NCBI GenBank assembly: GCA_002633005.1
Contig: NMRA01000060.1
Location: forward strand, 462,809 to 526,808
Length of the DNA: 64,000 nt
From: Phoronis australis
Taxonomy: Eukaryota > Animalia > Phoronida
Direction: 5' to 3'
Position numbers and translations under genes: made by a program. How positions within the stretch are numbered: the first letter of the stretch is position 1; every line of letters begins with the position of its first letter. A model generated the notes under the pieces. That model was not told the DNA's origin. It ran no database searches and saw only the letters and a program-made list of their open reading frames with translations. Of the stretch, positions 63,898 to 64,000 are shown piece by piece.

Positions 63898-64000
63898 AAG
63901 GGTTATGTGTGTTTAGAACTCAAAAAATCCCAAGTCTAAACAACACAGATTTAGGTTTTTCTGTCTGTATTTCACGGAAGAATAATTTGAATTTATCACC

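Overview
This is AT-rich genomic DNA from an animal with spliceosomal GT-AG introns and many non-autonomous transposon relics. It is probably an invertebrate, and the neuropeptide type suggests a protostome or lophotrochozoan (inference). Three protein-coding genes are supported. (1) The last three coding exons of a + strand gene for a large Arg/Pro/Ser/Glu-rich low-complexity protein (1-5660). (2) A convergent - strand NADH-cytochrome b5 reductase (CYB5R3-like) with seven clean exons at 14530-23281 and a problematic candidate first exon at 24613-24651. (3) A single-coding-exon, 590-aa secreted neuropeptide precursor (53223-54995) with a four-Cys N-terminal domain and nine predicted FxRV/FxRI-amide peptides, mostly RNRFLRVamide. 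The intergenic and intronic DNA carries a minimal Penelope-type hammerhead ribozyme (35973-36020, -), Helentron/HINE-like elements, several MITE and foldback palindromes, a non-LTR RT relic, a THAP-like relic and several mini/microsatellites. No rRNA, tRNA or CRISPR array was found. All calls were made by eye, with no database searches.
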